Source of the DNA: Octopus vulgaris | Taxonomy: Eukaryota | Reading direction: 5' to 3' | Assembly (NCBI GenBank): GCA_951406725.2 | Contig: OX597815.1 | Span: forward strand, 203,608,001 to 203,672,000 | Length of the DNA stretch: 64,000 nucleotides | In this document: positions 13,471-27,862 of the stretch, in pieces | Layout: each line of letters begins with the position of its first letter | How positions within the stretch are numbered: position 1 is the first letter of the stretch | Made by a program: the position numbers and the translations under genes | The notes under the pieces: model-generated | What the model was told of the DNA's origin: nothing | Database searches by the model: none | The model's input: the letters and a program-made list of their open reading frames with translations, nothing else

Positions 13471-14317
13471 CTATCTACTGGTACAAGGTGAACCTGGCAC
13501 TACACAACTTAGAAAAATTGTCGCCATTTTACCAAATTCAGGTCTTAGGACTACTGCTGCCACTAAATAATTCATAGTTAAGAAAAATACCAGAGAAGAA
13601 TAAGTAAATACATTCCTTAGCCGTTTCCTTTCATGTTGCTGAATTTAGGATAAAAGTACGTAGAATGAGAGGAGCTTTCTTGTAAATTGATAAAAAAAAA
13701 AACAGAAACGTAATTACAATGAGAAAAGAAAACAGTATTCTGTCATAAACTCATACACATATATTAGTACATTTAATAGGAATATAATTCGGCCCTCGTG
13801 CTTGACTGGTACTTTTGTTTTATTTATTCCGAAAGATGAAAGGCAAAATTAATCTCGTCGTATCGGGACTCAACATGTAAAGGGCCGAAACTGAATCGCT
13901 CACGGCCGACATTGTGATGATTCTGCCAAATCATTGTTATCACTCACTGTAGTTGTTCTCTGTTACCCCTACAACCACTTATTTTATAAATACAGAAATA
14001 AACAATTTTTAAGGAAAAAGAGATGTTAAAGAGACTTTGAAGATGTTATGTTTTAGATCAGCCCAGATTGAGCAAAATTATGTCTGAAGACGGTCCGACT
14101 ATAATAAACATGTCGTATTTTCATCTTCTACATTAATCAACGCGTGGGTCGATTCTGTAACGCAGTGGTTTTGAAGGTGGGTAGTGAGCAATGCTATATG
14201 GATACTGGTGACAAAGGAGGTTATGTGGGTACAAATGAAGCGCAGTGACTACGTAACTGAATTTGATTGAAACCACGTTGGAGTAATGACTAAGATCAAG
14301 CAATGCATCAAATATTC

Positions 14318-14533
14318 TTTTCTACTCTAGGCACAAGGCCCGAAATTTTGGGGGAGGACGGGACCAGTCTATTAGATCGACCCTAGTACGCAACTGGTAC
14401 TTAATTTATTAACCCCGAAAGGATGAAAGGCAAAGTCGACCTCGGCGGAATTTGAACTCAGAACGTAAAGTCAGACGAAATATCGCTAAGCATTTCGCCC
14501 AGCGTGCTAACTTTTCTACTAGCACGCAGCCTT
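14318..14533 (-). mobile_element. SINE family B, simple monomer
   Basis: Head, central domain and conventional tail; 16-bp TSD aatgYatcaaatattc (14302-14317/14534-14549). Confidence 0.9.
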
Positions 14534-15010
14534 AATGTATCAAATATTCACTGATTGTAGGGTCGTGCTGTGGTTAGTAGTCACCCGCGTCAAACTAGTA
14601 TCTGGAACTAAATTTCTCTGGCCCGATATTACATGTATGTACATTAAAAATAGGTGAGGATAAGGTAGTCAAGAAGCGTTTAAAGTTTATCTTTCATTTT
14701 CAGGTGTCGAGAAATAAAGTGCAGCGCATGTACTTGAAATGATTTTTCTCTTTCTCTCTCCCCCCTCTCCCCCTCTATCTCGTAGCATCTCTCTTTCTTG
14801 CTCAATCTCTCTCTCTCTCTAAATCGTCGATGCTCTGCGGTGAGAATGTTGTAGATGACCACTTACAGTGTCAGTGCTTACAAAAATAGCGGAGAGTTGA
14901 GTGAGGGTGCTAAGATAGCAAACCTCTTTCTAAACTTATATGCTATAAAAGCCAAAGTGTAAGAAAACTAGGCGTGGAAGGATTGGTGCATTCATACAGC
15001 ATGGAATGGT

Positions 15011-15116
<106 letters not shown>

Positions 15117-15957
15117 GTCTGTCTGTCTATCTATGTGCCGAAGGGAGTTCATAGCAGTGTTCGATAAAATCAATTGGTGTGGAAAATGAAAAATCTAGCT
15201 GGTATCTTTGCATTCTTTCTCATATCAGATAAACGATAACTCTCCTGTGAACTAATTGCTGCCGATTTAGACCATCGCCTGAGTCCTCTGTATAACATTC
15301 ATTGTTTTGTCCAATCGTTTATTTTTTGTATACTATATGGTAAAAAATTACTTGAATGCGAGCGAAAATTAAGAAATAATAAAACCAAAAATACGGAAAT
15401 AGACATCACTAAACTACATACTATATTCTATCCATTTGGCACAACCAATTACTGCTTGCTTATGATGTAAGATGTGACCCCATCACACGCGCACACATAC
15501 ATTACACACTCACACACAAGTATCTAGCTATGTTTTATCTATGTTCACGTTTGACTTTAAACCAGTGCAGTTCATGGTATATGTATCCTTTTATGTCTTT
15601 CGTCAAAACAGCTGGAGAAATGAATTTCGATGTATCGAGTACCAAACTGAAGCAAGTATTAAGGTCTATATGATTGCCCAAACTTATGGATATATTGCTT
15701 CATTATGGTCACAGTCGAATGATTGAAACTAGTCGAAGGAATAAAAATACAATAAAAGAATAATTGGATTAATCAAAGATGTTCTCGCATTCTTGTTGGA
15801 CTACGGTTTTGTAAGGTTGTTATATAGATCGTTGTATATAACAGCTATTTGAATTGTTGGCGTCAGTAAAGATGGGAAGCAAATTCAATCCCTGCGCAAT
15901 TTGAATTCGAACCACAGACAGGCACAAATAAATTTTATAAATTATATACTCGTTCTT

Positions 15958-16353
15958 AAGGCGGCGAGCTGGCAGAAACGTTAGCACACCGGGCGAAATG
16001 CGTAGCCGTATTTCGTGTGCCGTTACGTTCTGAGTTCAAATTCCGCCGAGAATTAACGTGCAAGTGGCTGAGCACTCCACAGACACGTATACCCTTAACG
16101 TAGTTCTCGGGGATATTCAGCGTGACACAGTGAGTGACAAGGCCGGCCCTTTGAAATACAGGTACAACAGAAGCAGGAAGTAAGAGTGAGAGAAAGTTGT
16201 GGTGAAAGAGTACAGCAGGGATCACCACAGGAAGCCTCGTGGAGCTTTAGGTGTTTTCGCTCAATAAACACTCACAACGCCTGGTCTGGGAATCGAAACC
16301 ACGATCCTACGACCGCGAGTCCACTGCCCTAACCACTGGGCTATTGCGCCTCC
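15958..16353. mobile_element. Chimeric SINE: family B head (+, 15958-16050) fused to family A (-, 16051-16353)
   Basis: Both parts match other copies in the window; the whole unit is flanked by the 10-bp direct repeat actcgttctt. Confidence 0.85.
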
Positions 16354-16902
16354 ACTCGTTCTTGTCACACTACGCTTCTAAATAACTTCTAAAATAAACT
16401 AAGAAACTGTGTGAACATTAGGGTAATTCCATTCCTGTGCTTATTTAACCACTATTTAATTTTATCGAACCCCAAATTTAATATTAATCATTTTTATAAT
16501 TATAATCACGCAGTCGACTGAAAATTACATTTCGAAATTATCGGACCGATCGACCTAGTTTGAATCAATAAACTTCTCTGATGCAGTCTCTAACAAACAT
16601 CTCAAATGAGATACATTCAAAGAGCAGTTCAGAGGCGACGCTGCATTTTGACCGGGTACTTAGTGCCAAGCTCTCAACAACGCAATCCAATTTTCGATAA
16701 ATAAGTAGCATGTGAGGTGCAGCTTATTGTACCTACGTCGCTACAGGTTAATGCTTCATAAACTTGTAACTCAAATGAATTCAAATCGCCTTCAGTGTCT
16801 TTGAACACAATGCATAGAGATTCATGAAACCAAATATCGACATGGGTTTAGTCCAGTGCTTTATCAGTGCTTTATCAAGGCACTGCTTGTACATACTATA
16901 AC

Positions 16903-17296
16903 AGAAACCTGGACGTTATCAAAGAAGCTTGAGAGGCGGTTGGATGGAACCTACACTCGCCTCCTTATCAGAGCTCAAAACCTCTCGTGGAAGCGCCATC
17001 CAACCAAAATGCAAATATATGGGAAACTACCACCTGTGTCATCTCTTGTGAAAGGCAGGAGAGTCCAGTTTGCTGGACATTGTTGTAGAGCTGAAAAAGA
17101 AGTAATTTCTACTCTTCTCCTCTGGAAGCCATCTACTCGCAATACCATAGGGCGCACACTCTCCTACCCTGATGTAATCTCCAGGGATACAGGCATCCAG
17201 CAACAGGACCTCCGTAATGCCATGATGGACCGTGAAGTCTGGCGTAGCATGGTAAATTCCACTGTCTCGACCACGGTCAAACAATGATGATGATGA
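16903..17296 (+). mobile_element. 5'-truncated RTE-type LINE 3' end
   Basis: ETWTLSKKLERRLDGTYTRLL...RRVQFAGHC...AMMDREVWR is a typical post-RT RTE C-terminus; (TGA)n tail; possible TSD ataacag. Confidence 0.85.
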
Positions 17297-17485
17297 TAAC
17301 AGTAACAATGCAAAATAATGTAAATTATAACAGAACGTAAATACATAAATAAACTCAAATAACATCACATCAACGTACATACATTCCGGTATGCCTACAC
17401 ACGCATCACACCCCCACCACACACAGATACACACACACATACACATACACACATATATATTATATACGTGTGCATATATATGTAC

Positions 17486-17540
<55 letters not shown>

Positions 17541-17650
17541 TGCATATACACACACGCATATAAGTATATATATATATGTATGTATGTATGTATGTATATA
17601 TGTATGTATGTATATATGTATGTATCTATATATATATGTATGTATGTATG

Positions 17651-17735
<85 letters not shown>

Positions 17736-20229
17736 GTATGTATGTATATATATATATATATGTATGTATGTATATATGTGTGTGGGGGTGTATGAATATG
17801 TGTTTGGAAATATTTGTTCTTACATTCATGTGCACATGCGAATGTTAAATTATAGAAAGATTACTTTACTTACGTCTCTGTAACTATAGCAACATCCTAG
17901 CCAGTAATACAGAATCAAAACGACTATCGAAGTAGTTTTCATGATTTGTTATCTGAAAGAAAACAAAACAGAATTTTTGTAAATATTCTTTTCAATTGTT
18001 TTTTAATAGCTCTAAAGAACATTTTCTCCTGTTTTTCAAGATTCATTTGAACATTTACTTCTATGATACGGATAAATCGTTCAGATATTAATACCTTACA
18101 AGAACAGTGGAATTGATGCAAGGAGGTATAGTGTTAGGTCATGTCTGTAGTCCCAGAATTTTTGTAATCAACGATGGCTCATTTCAACGGGAAGTACGTT
18201 ACCAGTAGCTGAAAATTAGGTGGAAGAATGTTGGCCATCGTTAGATATAGTGCAGTTCGTCAATGCACACCAATTGCAATAATCATTTGCCACAAATCGA
18301 TTGTAACTATTATCCATTACAATAATGGAATTTTGTGCTTAAGAAAAAGATTAGCTTTAATATCTAATCTTTACTGGTAACACCATGCAGTTTGTGTCTT
18401 GTTAGAGAGAAGCAGTCAGTCATAAGTTATTTAGTAGAAACATGGGATTATTTTCACGTTAGAAGATTCAATACCCTAAATTGCCTAGTTTATAAAACGT
18501 TTGCATATAGAAAATTGCCCGCAGCTATCTTGAGGAAATGGATTCAGTTCTAGAATCATAAAATCTCCCAAACTTCAGCTTCTTGTCAAAGCGACACACT
18601 ATTATCAATTTCAGAATTCCATTGGAATCTGCGATGCAGCTAAATAAACATAACGAAGGAAAGATGTTTTTCTGTAGCTAACATTGAAATGCTGCACAAT
18701 GGAGCTATTGCATTGAAATATTTGATTATATAATTCCTCTTCTTTTTCAAATGCAGGGGAATACGGTTACAACGTTGAAATTAAAGACAGTGTTGATATT
18801 GTTGGAAGATAAAGGACAATACGACCAGCAAGAAAAATTGGGGCAATGTAGCAGTGATTAATGTGAACTAAAAAATATTAAAATTAATGTGAATACAAAA
18901 AGGAAGTTACAGACTAATGTGGTGTCTTATGTGAAACATAAGACAGTGAGGTTGCTCTAAATTATGAAATGGAAATCATATGCTCATTGCTTTAAAATTC
19001 TCTGTTTATGCTCCATGAAACGGAAAGCCTTGGTCGACACACTTTACGACAAATCCATCTATTACTGTATAATATACACATAAATGTTTATCTCTCAGAA
19101 ACATATGGTTACATAGTCTTCCTTTCTTCAATCTCTAAGGCAGTATACAAAGGACATCAGGTTATAAATCTCTGAGACTACATGTTCCACCACCAGAATT
19201 TTTTATTCTTAGCTTTAGTTCCCGTGGCTCTCCTAAGAATATCGAATGACGTGAAAATGACTGGAAATTATAGTATCATAATATACTATACTTTTATAAG
19301 ATGTTGCATTTTGGATATCAGATGTCAACTACTTCTGTTCGTGTTATGTAAAGTGAAACAATAATATCCTGTAGTGAAGAAATGGCACGATTTATAATGC
19401 TGGAACGATTTGGAATGTTTCAGTATTATAATTATCACTATCTATGGAGTACAAACTCAAGAGTGCAATGCCATTATAGTATAGCAACATGTCTGAATAG
19501 GACTGTACAATGTTTTCATTTTGATATTAAGCACAAGTCTAACCAATAAGATTGCAATTCCTATCACCAGCAAGAGAATTGTGTTTGGAAAATATAGTCC
19601 ATTGTATCGATATCAATGGTATTAATTTTATTGAACTCTTGAAGGATTTAACTTCATAAGTGTGATGTTGCATAGTATATACAATAATTCGACACTCTGT
19701 AATTTTCACCTTCATTGATACAATAGCAAATACTGGTTTCATAGATAAGTTTAAACTGTTAGGTTTTAAGGGTATACGTGCGTTGTTGATGTTGCATAGC
19801 CTATATTCAACCCTGATTGAGCATACATATGATTCAAAAGTATTCCAGCCATGATTTACTGTATTTTTTCCAGTACTTTGTCTTTCTTTCTTTCTTTCTT
19901 TCTTTCTTTAAGATAGTAAGGAGATTTGGCAGTTACTATTTCTGGGAGGTCGAGCAGCCTAACAGAAGTTCCCTCGTTTGGATATTGAGACGTTCATACA
20001 TTTTCAAAGAGTGTTTAGTTTGCTTAACATCAGTTATTGATAAAGACATAGATCAATCGACCGAAAAGATTAATAGTTCTAGATGAATGAAGAGAGAGGG
20101 AATAAAATTATACTTTAGAGTAACGAAAGCGGAAGATCTTCAAGGAAACATTTAGCAGTAGAAACTGTAGCAGGAATAGCAGGATGATGGCAGGATTCAG
20201 AGGCAGCAATGAATGAAACTGCAGCTTCA

Positions 20230-20730
20230 GTGATAGCAACACTGACCGCTGTATTACGTACTTGGCGTTTAATCTTATGATTGATGAATAATCCGTGTGA
20301 CTGGAGAATAAACTTAAGAACAACCGAAGGACTCAAAAAAGCTGAATCGAAGGAAGTTGTTGAAATGAATTTATAATGTATTCGATTCCGATCTTTATCG
20401 AAATTATTTTTCTTAAATATGGAAGAAAGATAATGGTCGAAGGTATGGATAACCATGTAGATTCCGGCAGTTCGTATAATAACAGCCGAAACAAGCTGTG
20501 TGCGGCCAAATAGTTCAGTCTGCCTAGCTGTAAATAAGTATGACATGACAGGAATAACTGTCTTAGGCAACGGTAACATTGTAAAATCAGCAAATGATTG
20601 TTGCGCTTAGATCAAATAGTATTCTGGCTCTGGAGAAGGTAAAGAAGCCATCCTCGTTATCATTCTTGGCATCATTATATCAAAGCCAGTTCTATAGTGG
20701 TGCCCTACAGTCAAAAGAGTTACGAGATTC
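20230..20730 (+). mobile_element. Possible heavily decayed LINE AP-endonuclease relic
   Basis: Scattered fragments (AETSC, YSGSGEGK, WCPT..RVTRF) loosely follow APE motif order; many stops. Confidence 0.25.
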
Positions 20731-21080
20731 GCGTGTATATGCATGACAATTTTAAAAGAAAGTATCAATTAAAAGTTAAGCAGGTGGATTGCTATTTCGG
20801 CAGGAATCCTGGGCAAAATAATACTTAGATACATTACTTTATTTTATAGTTCAAAATACGTCGTGAGATAATAATAGCTTTTAATTTAGGCACAGGAACA
20901 ACAATTGGGTGATGGTGGAAGTAGTTGCTAATAACGACTCCAGTACAAATATGTACTATATTTCATCAACTTTGAGGTGAAGTAAAGTCAGAGTAGGCAT
21001 TTGAACTCAATATGTTTAGAATCAAAATAAATACTGCAAAGAATCTTTCTGGCTCTTGAACGATTCTGTTAACTCGTCGC

Positions 21081-21181
<101 letters not shown>

Positions 21182-21425
21182 AAGAAGAAGAAGAAGAAGA
21201 AGAAGAAGAAGAAGAAGAAGAAGAAGAATGATAATCCTTTCTATTATAGGCACAAAGCCTGAAATTTGGGGGGAGGGGCTAGTCGATTATATCGACCCCA
21301 ATACTCAACTGGCACTTATTTTCATCGACCCCGAAAGGATGACAGGCTAAGTCGACCTCGGCGGAATTTGAATTCAGAGCTAGCTCGCCGATTCATAATA
21401 ATAATAATAATAATGACAATGATAA

Positions 21426-21905
21426 TTTGTCTTGCTGTAAAACATGGGCTACGACAAATATTCTGCTCAATACCATAGATATGCTTGTCAGTTGCTTGAC
21501 CTTAACCAGTTGATCATGTCTCTTAGTGGCTGACGATATGTGCATCTCTGATCACGAGCAGAAGTAGAGGGGGAGCATCATAGCCATGTGTTAAGAGGAA
21601 TTCTTTGGGGTTTGAAGAATTCACATCTGGAAACATGAGTGTTTCATTCAATATCCTTAAGCAACCCTTATTTAGGGACGTTTTGAGCGGGTTGGGCTAT
21701 TCAACCTGAACAAAATTCTAACTGGGTCTCACCTACAAGGTCATGCGCTGTTTATCTTGTTATGAGATCTCCATGTCGCGCTCATATAGTTGTGATGCAT
21801 GTGCCTGGTGCATGTTTATCAGACGAGTAGTCGTGATGGGTATATTGGGCTTCGTATATTTTAACTCAGTCTCATTTTGATGGCAAGCATTGCTCTCTCA
21901 CTCAA
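21426..21905 (+). mobile_element. 5'-truncated retroelement 3' region ending in (AAT)n, copy 1
   Basis: Homologous to 22317-22850; shared 3' end tgctctctcactcaataat; different 5' truncation; embedded in (AAT)n. Confidence 0.75.
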
Positions 21906-22316
21906 TAATAGTAATGATAATAATAATGATCCTTTCCTATTATAGGTACAAGAGTTGAATTATTTTGGTGGGCAGGGTCTAGGCCAAGACATCGATCCTA
22001 GTGTTTAGTTGGTACTTATTTATCGACACCGAAAGGATGAAGAACAAAGCCAACTTAGAAAGTAAAACTGGAAGAAGTGACACTAAGCATTTTGTCCGAC
22101 GCTATAATGCAAATATAAACTACTATTAAATTAGATACACACCAAAGATTATTCTAACTGGTACGTTACACGCTTTGAGAAGAACATTATCACTGAATTT
22201 TCTTTTTATTTTCCCTCTTTCTTTCCTTTTTTTTAAATTTTTCCTATCTTTTTAAAGTTTTTCTTTTTTCCTTTTTCAAACAGACTTGAAAGGAGATAGC
22301 AACAATAATAATAATG

Positions 22317-22848
22317 CCCTGATGCTGTACCAGGTACTGGCTCTCATGGCTTCTGATTTTAACTGATTGGAAGTGTAATCATGTACATTGTTTTGTCTTG
22401 GTATAAAAGATGAGCTACAGCAAATATTCTGCTCAATACCACAGATTTGCTAGTCAGTTGCTTGACCTTAACCAGTTGAGCATTTCCCTTGGTGGCTGAT
22501 GATATATGCATCTCTGATCACGAGCAGAAGTAGAGGGGGAGTATCAGTGTTGAGAGGAATTCTTGGGGTTTGGATAATTCAACCATGGAAACATGGGTGT
22601 TTCGTTCATCATCCTTAAACAAACCTTATTCAGGAACCTTTTGAGCGGGATGGGTTACTCGACCTGAAGAAAATTCTAACTGAGCACCACCTGCAAAGTC
22701 ATGCGCTGTTTATCTTGATATAAGATCACCATGTCGTGCACATATGGTTGTGATGCATGTGCCTGGTGTACCCTTATCAGACGGGTATACTGGTCTCCGT
22801 ATATTTTACCCCAGTGTCACTTTGATGGCATGCACTGCTCTCTCACTC

Positions 22849-22850
<2 letters not shown>
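22317..22850 (+). mobile_element. 5'-truncated retroelement 3' region ending in (AAT)n, copy 2
   Basis: As copy 1; (AAT)n on both sides. Confidence 0.75.
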
Positions 22851-22913
<63 letters not shown>

Positions 22914-22914
22914 C

Positions 22915-23490
22915 GTTTATACTAAAGGTACAAGGCCTCAAATTTGGGGAGGGACTAGTCGATTACATAGATCCCAGTGTTTCACTAGTAATTATTTTAA
23001 CGACCACTAAAGGATGAAAGGTAATGTCGACCTTGGAAGAATTTGAACTCAGAACGTAAAGGTGGAACAAATACCCATTTCTTTACTACCCACAAGGGGC
23101 TAAACACAGAGGAGACAAAAAAGGACAGACACACGGATTAAGTCGATTACATCGGATCCAGTGCGTAACTGGTACTTATTTAATCGACCCCGAAAGGATA
23201 AAAGGCAAAGTCGACCTCGGCGGAATTTGAATTCAGAACTTAGCGGCAGACGAAATACCTATTTCTTTACTGCCCACAAGGGGCTACACACAGAAGGGAC
23301 AAGCAAGGACAGACAAACGGATTAAGTCGATTATATCGACCCCAGTGCGTAACTGGTACTTATTTAATCGACCCCGAAAGGATGAAATGCAAAGTCGACC
23401 TCGGCGGAATTTGAACTCAAAACGTAGCGGCAGACGAAATACTGCTAAGCATTTCGCCTGGCGTGCTTACGATTCTGCCGGCTCGCTGCC
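22915..23490 (-). mobile_element. SINE family B tandem array (two tailless units and one conventional unit)
   Basis: Three central domains in tandem; junctions at 23074/23075 and 23258/23259. Confidence 0.88.
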
Positions 23491-23531
<41 letters not shown>

Positions 23532-23735
23532 ATGGTAATCATTTGTGCTATAGACAGAAAGCCTAAAATTTTGGTGGAGTGGGCCAGTCGATCATAACGA
23601 CCCCAACGCGTTACTGGTATTTATTTCATTGACCCCCCCAAAATAAATTGACCTCGGCGGTATCTGTATGAGCCGGACCAAAGACTGCAAATTTCTGCTA
23701 ATTTCTCGTCTTTATACGGCAGTTAATTTGCTGAA

Positions 23736-23790
<55 letters not shown>

Positions 23791-24196
23791 ACGAATACCG
23801 AAAAATAACCCTGCAAACCATGTTAATTAAAAGTACTAATTAATTTTCCTGGAATTACATTTCATCATTGCTGAACTTTATTTCCGACAACAGAATTATT
23901 CTAGTAAAATCACTTTGGACTGTAACATCTGCTGCAAAATCATGTGATATGATACTTATGATTTCTAACTGTAGAATACTTTAGCATGTGATATTGTGTT
24001 AGCGCAATATATATTTCAGTGGTGCATGACTATCATACAATATATATTTTCCTATTCTCGAATTGGTAATTTGACTGAAACGGGATATAAATTCATTTGA
24101 AAATAAATGCATTTGGAAATAAATCCATTTTGAGTTCAAATTCTACCGAAGCTGATAACCTTGGATGTCATTTATTTTCTCCAAAAGAAGTAATAA

Positions 24197-24560
24197 TCTT
24201 TTCTACTGTAGGCACAAAGCCCGAAATTTTGGGAGAGTGGGACCACTGGATTAGATCGACCCCAGTATGTTCTGAGTTCAAATTCCGCCGAGGTCGACTT
24301 TGCCTTTCATCCTTTCGGGGTCGATAAATTAAGTACCAGCTACGCACTGGGGTCGATGTAATCGACTTAATACCTATGTTTGTCCTTGTTTGTCCGCTCT
24401 GTGTTTAGCCCCTTGTGGGTAATAAAGAAATAGGTACTAAATGTATCGACTCCGAAAGGCAAATTCGACCTCGGCGTAATTTGAACTCAGAACGTAAAGA
24501 CGGACGAAATACTGCGAAGCATTTCGTCCGGCATGCTAACGTTTTTGCCAGCTCACCGTT
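24197..24560. mobile_element. SINE family B (-) interrupted by an inverted tailless unit (+, about 24268-24433)
   Basis: The minus copy breaks at gaccccagta and resumes at gtactaaatgtatcgac; the insert reads gttctgagttcaaattccgccgagg...aaagaaatag. Confidence 0.85.
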
Positions 24561-26533
24561 TTTGAAAAGAACTCATAATATTATTAATATCATTCAAAAA
24601 TGATGGTCAGTTAAACGCATAGTTTGATTACCCTGAATTACATTGGCAATAAGGAATCAATATGCTAGCTTGACTTGCTAGAAATAACAGTCAAATTTCC
24701 CCACAAATCATAACTGAACGTCTTCGAAAAGAAGACATTGGATAATATAAACTTAAGTTATCTGTGTATAGGAAAAAACTGGATGGTCACGGTGGAAATA
24801 CTTTTGATCATAGGTCTGATTTGTCATTGTTAACTGGGATCTAAATTGCAACAATAAGAAGAAATCATTAACTAGAACGAGCCAAAGAGGAAACCGTTTG
24901 ACTTACAGGAAAGAGTAGCATAATCTTTGAAACTACAGCCCAACTTCTTAAAAATTGCAGGACACATTGTCTCATTGTAGTCCTAGAAACCTTTAAAAAT
25001 ACGAGATGGTCAAGGCTAGAATACCTTTGACTGAAGATATTTTTGATCAGCACCAACACTGACTGTAGTAAGCGCTTTGTAAAATAATTTGACCAAGTGT
25101 TCAGGCAAAATATTTTTCTCTAGTCATCTGTTATTCTCTAGAGCAAGATTTTGTTGTTGCTTAACACCAAATCGGTTTTGTTAGAGTATTCTAGCCATTA
25201 ACAGCTCAAACTTCTTTGTATCCTGGACAACACTACACAATGAGTTCCTTTCAAGGCGGTAAGGTTCCAATTTGAAGGAAATCTGGCTGTTATTTCTAGC
25301 AGATTGTGTGACTAGGTGGTGGCTCCCGTTGGTTCTCTTTTATTTCTTTTCTTTGGACAAAGCATTGAAGCACAGTAGTAAAAAGTGGAACACAGTGTGA
25401 ATAAACGGGACAGAATTTACTAAACATTGCATCATATTTTCCCATCATACATTGCTTCATTTTCTTCATCAGTCTGTGGTTTATAGTTTATAACACAAAG
25501 ATAGATTGAGATAGAGATGAATTTGGAGAGGAAAGCTGAAGATCACTATAAGACGACAGTTATATAACAGTGTATTTTCGTCGAATAACCCAGCTTCTTT
25601 TAATTTTTCTAAACATATACGACACTTGTAAATATATACAAATAATGCTCGTTTTTGTCATGAGACCTTGATCTAGTTGTAAGAAGCGCTTAAGACTTAC
25701 GTTTCGATTGTTCGTTCGCTGCAGCGACTTTCTATGAATAGCATTAAGTTATTTATAGTGTCAATTAGAAGTAATATTTCATCTTTCTTTTACATGTATT
25801 CAAGTACATCATTACACACACACACACACACACACAACACACATAACTAGACACACACGCACACAAAGTACAACACACATTTATGCATACACTCACATGT
25901 ACAGAGCTATAAATATAACACTATATTCATGTGGAATTAATTATAACTTGTCCATAACAAAAGTCATACCACCACCACCACCGCCATTACTGCCGCTGCA
26001 ATCCATGATGTTCTCGATTTTATGGGCAGATGGAGTTACTTTAGTAAGTAGGTATAATCATGAGTATAACCAGTAACATTGCTCATGTGCGTTAGTTATC
26101 CTGTTTCTGTTCTCTCCATCTGCTTCCTCTGTCCAACTCTCTATTCATGTGGAAGGTTCCGGTACTAAAAGTTACAGAAGAGTTACCACATGATAATGTT
26201 GACCTAATCACATATTCATTTACCAGCGTGTTTCTCCGTGTTCCCCTGGATCAGAGAAGTGGAGTTACCCAGGCAAACTGAGCGATTGCTCGAGGAACCC
26301 ATTGATCTAAGGAGCCTAATGTTAATCTATGGTTACTGAGGATATCTGTTGAAGAGCTCCAGGGCTTTACTTTGCTCCTCCTGGGATAGGACTATACTAT
26401 TATGTCGTCCTAAATATTTCACTCGTGTATATGTGAATATTTGTGTATGTACGCGCGCGCGAGTGTATGTACCTGTGTGAGTACATGGTTGCGTGGATAT
26501 GCAATGATGAAGGGGGAGATAGTAGAATCTCAT

Positions 26534-26745
26534 CCCTTTAGCGTTCAGAATACTTTGTTAAATGTAAAGCTAATTTATTCACAGTTTTGAAATAGTCATG
26601 CGTTATCTCACAGCTTTGAGAGTTCGAAGATGTGATTGTTTATTTTTTGGAACCTTGTAGGATCGGTATGAGAGGTTGGATCTGGTTAGTTTGAACAAAT
26701 AGGTGGAATACTTCGGTTGAATATATCCGGTTTAAATGCTAAACC
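26534..26745. mobile_element. piggyBac-like MITE, degenerate
   Basis: Termini ccctttagcgttca...ttaaatgctaaac form a degenerate CCC-type inverted repeat; TTAA sites eroded. Confidence 0.45.
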
Positions 26746-27183
26746 GTATCTAACGACTGAAATATCTATATTAAGATAACACGAACACTACGTATGATTT
26801 GCAGCAGCTAGCAAGAGATAAACGTAAAAGTTCTTGCTCTAGTTGCACCGTAATCATGATATCTAGTAAGCTCAGAACTTGATCAAAGGATTACCTCAAT
26901 CAACATTATCTTAAAAACACATTCCGCATGGAGGTAAACTGCCAAATAATGCTTATTGAAAGCCAGCATTCCAGTAAACTGCCTCTCAATTGTCCTTGTG
27001 TTAAGCTGTCAGTCACATTTGCGCTATCAAGGTCATTTAAGTTCTATCGTAACTGTGCCACGAAGCTCAACTTCGACCTGTCATATTTCTGCCATCAAAG
27101 GTCAGCTCAGCTCCGTTCTGCCGGTGGTATTTCAGTCTCAAACACTTGAGAACAATTAAATTAGCAGTATGTTATGTCTAGAA

Positions 27184-27420
27184 CATTGTTTCTCAAACAT
27201 CTTTTACTTATGGACCCCTTCAATTAATTTTACTCAGGTGGACCCTCATAGCCATTCAGTATTTACAAAGTACTATTAGATTTTTTAAAAATAGATATTA
27301 TAACGAAATTGCATTAACAAAAGTTAGTATATTTGGTGTATTGTAGAAGCATAACCAATTTTATTGCATATAAATTTGTATGGACACTAAGGGCCGTGTG
27401 GACCCGATTTAGAACCACTG
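27184..27420. mobile_element. hAT (Charlie-like) MITE
   Basis: TIRs cattgtttctcaa/ttagaaccactg; 8-bp TSD gtctagaa/gtctagga fits the NTCTAGAN preference of Charlie elements. Confidence 0.8.
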
Positions 27421-27806
27421 GTCTAGGATATGCCAGAAATATCATACTTTTATCACTACAACGACCACCACCCTCTTCCTCCTCTCCTTCTTCTTCCTTC
27501 AGCTCCTCTTTATCCGTCATTATCATTATTATGATCTTCATCATCGTCTCATCATCAACACAAATGTTTTAAATATGGAGGCACGAACACACGCACACAA
27601 ACACACACATAAACACACATACACACGCAGAGATGTAGCTAATGAGCTGTGGGATATGTGTGTGCATGCCTGTGTGTATGTATTTATGCATGTATGTGTG
27701 TGCGTGCGTGTGTACTAACACATGTTTTGTATCTATTATATATATAAATCTATATATTTTTTATGTTTATCGGCGCTCTCTCTCTCGCTCTCTTTCTCCC
27801 TTTCAG

Positions 27807-27862
<56 letters not shown>

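Noticed and set aside
17900-19750. Long non-microsatellite block
   Set aside because: No long ORF and no motif I can identify; probably decayed TE, needs a homology search.
20115-20579. 154-aa non-repetitive minus-strand ORF
   Set aside because: No recognisable domain; possibly antisense to a decayed LINE fragment.
22915-23490. Regularly repeated units suggestive of CRISPR
   Set aside because: Tandem SINE units in eukaryotic DNA; no unique spacers or cas genes.
25705-25730. Partial resemblance to miR-375 (ttgttcgttcg); also bantam-like tgagatcattg at 30741
   Set aside because: Only short matches and no precursor hairpin.
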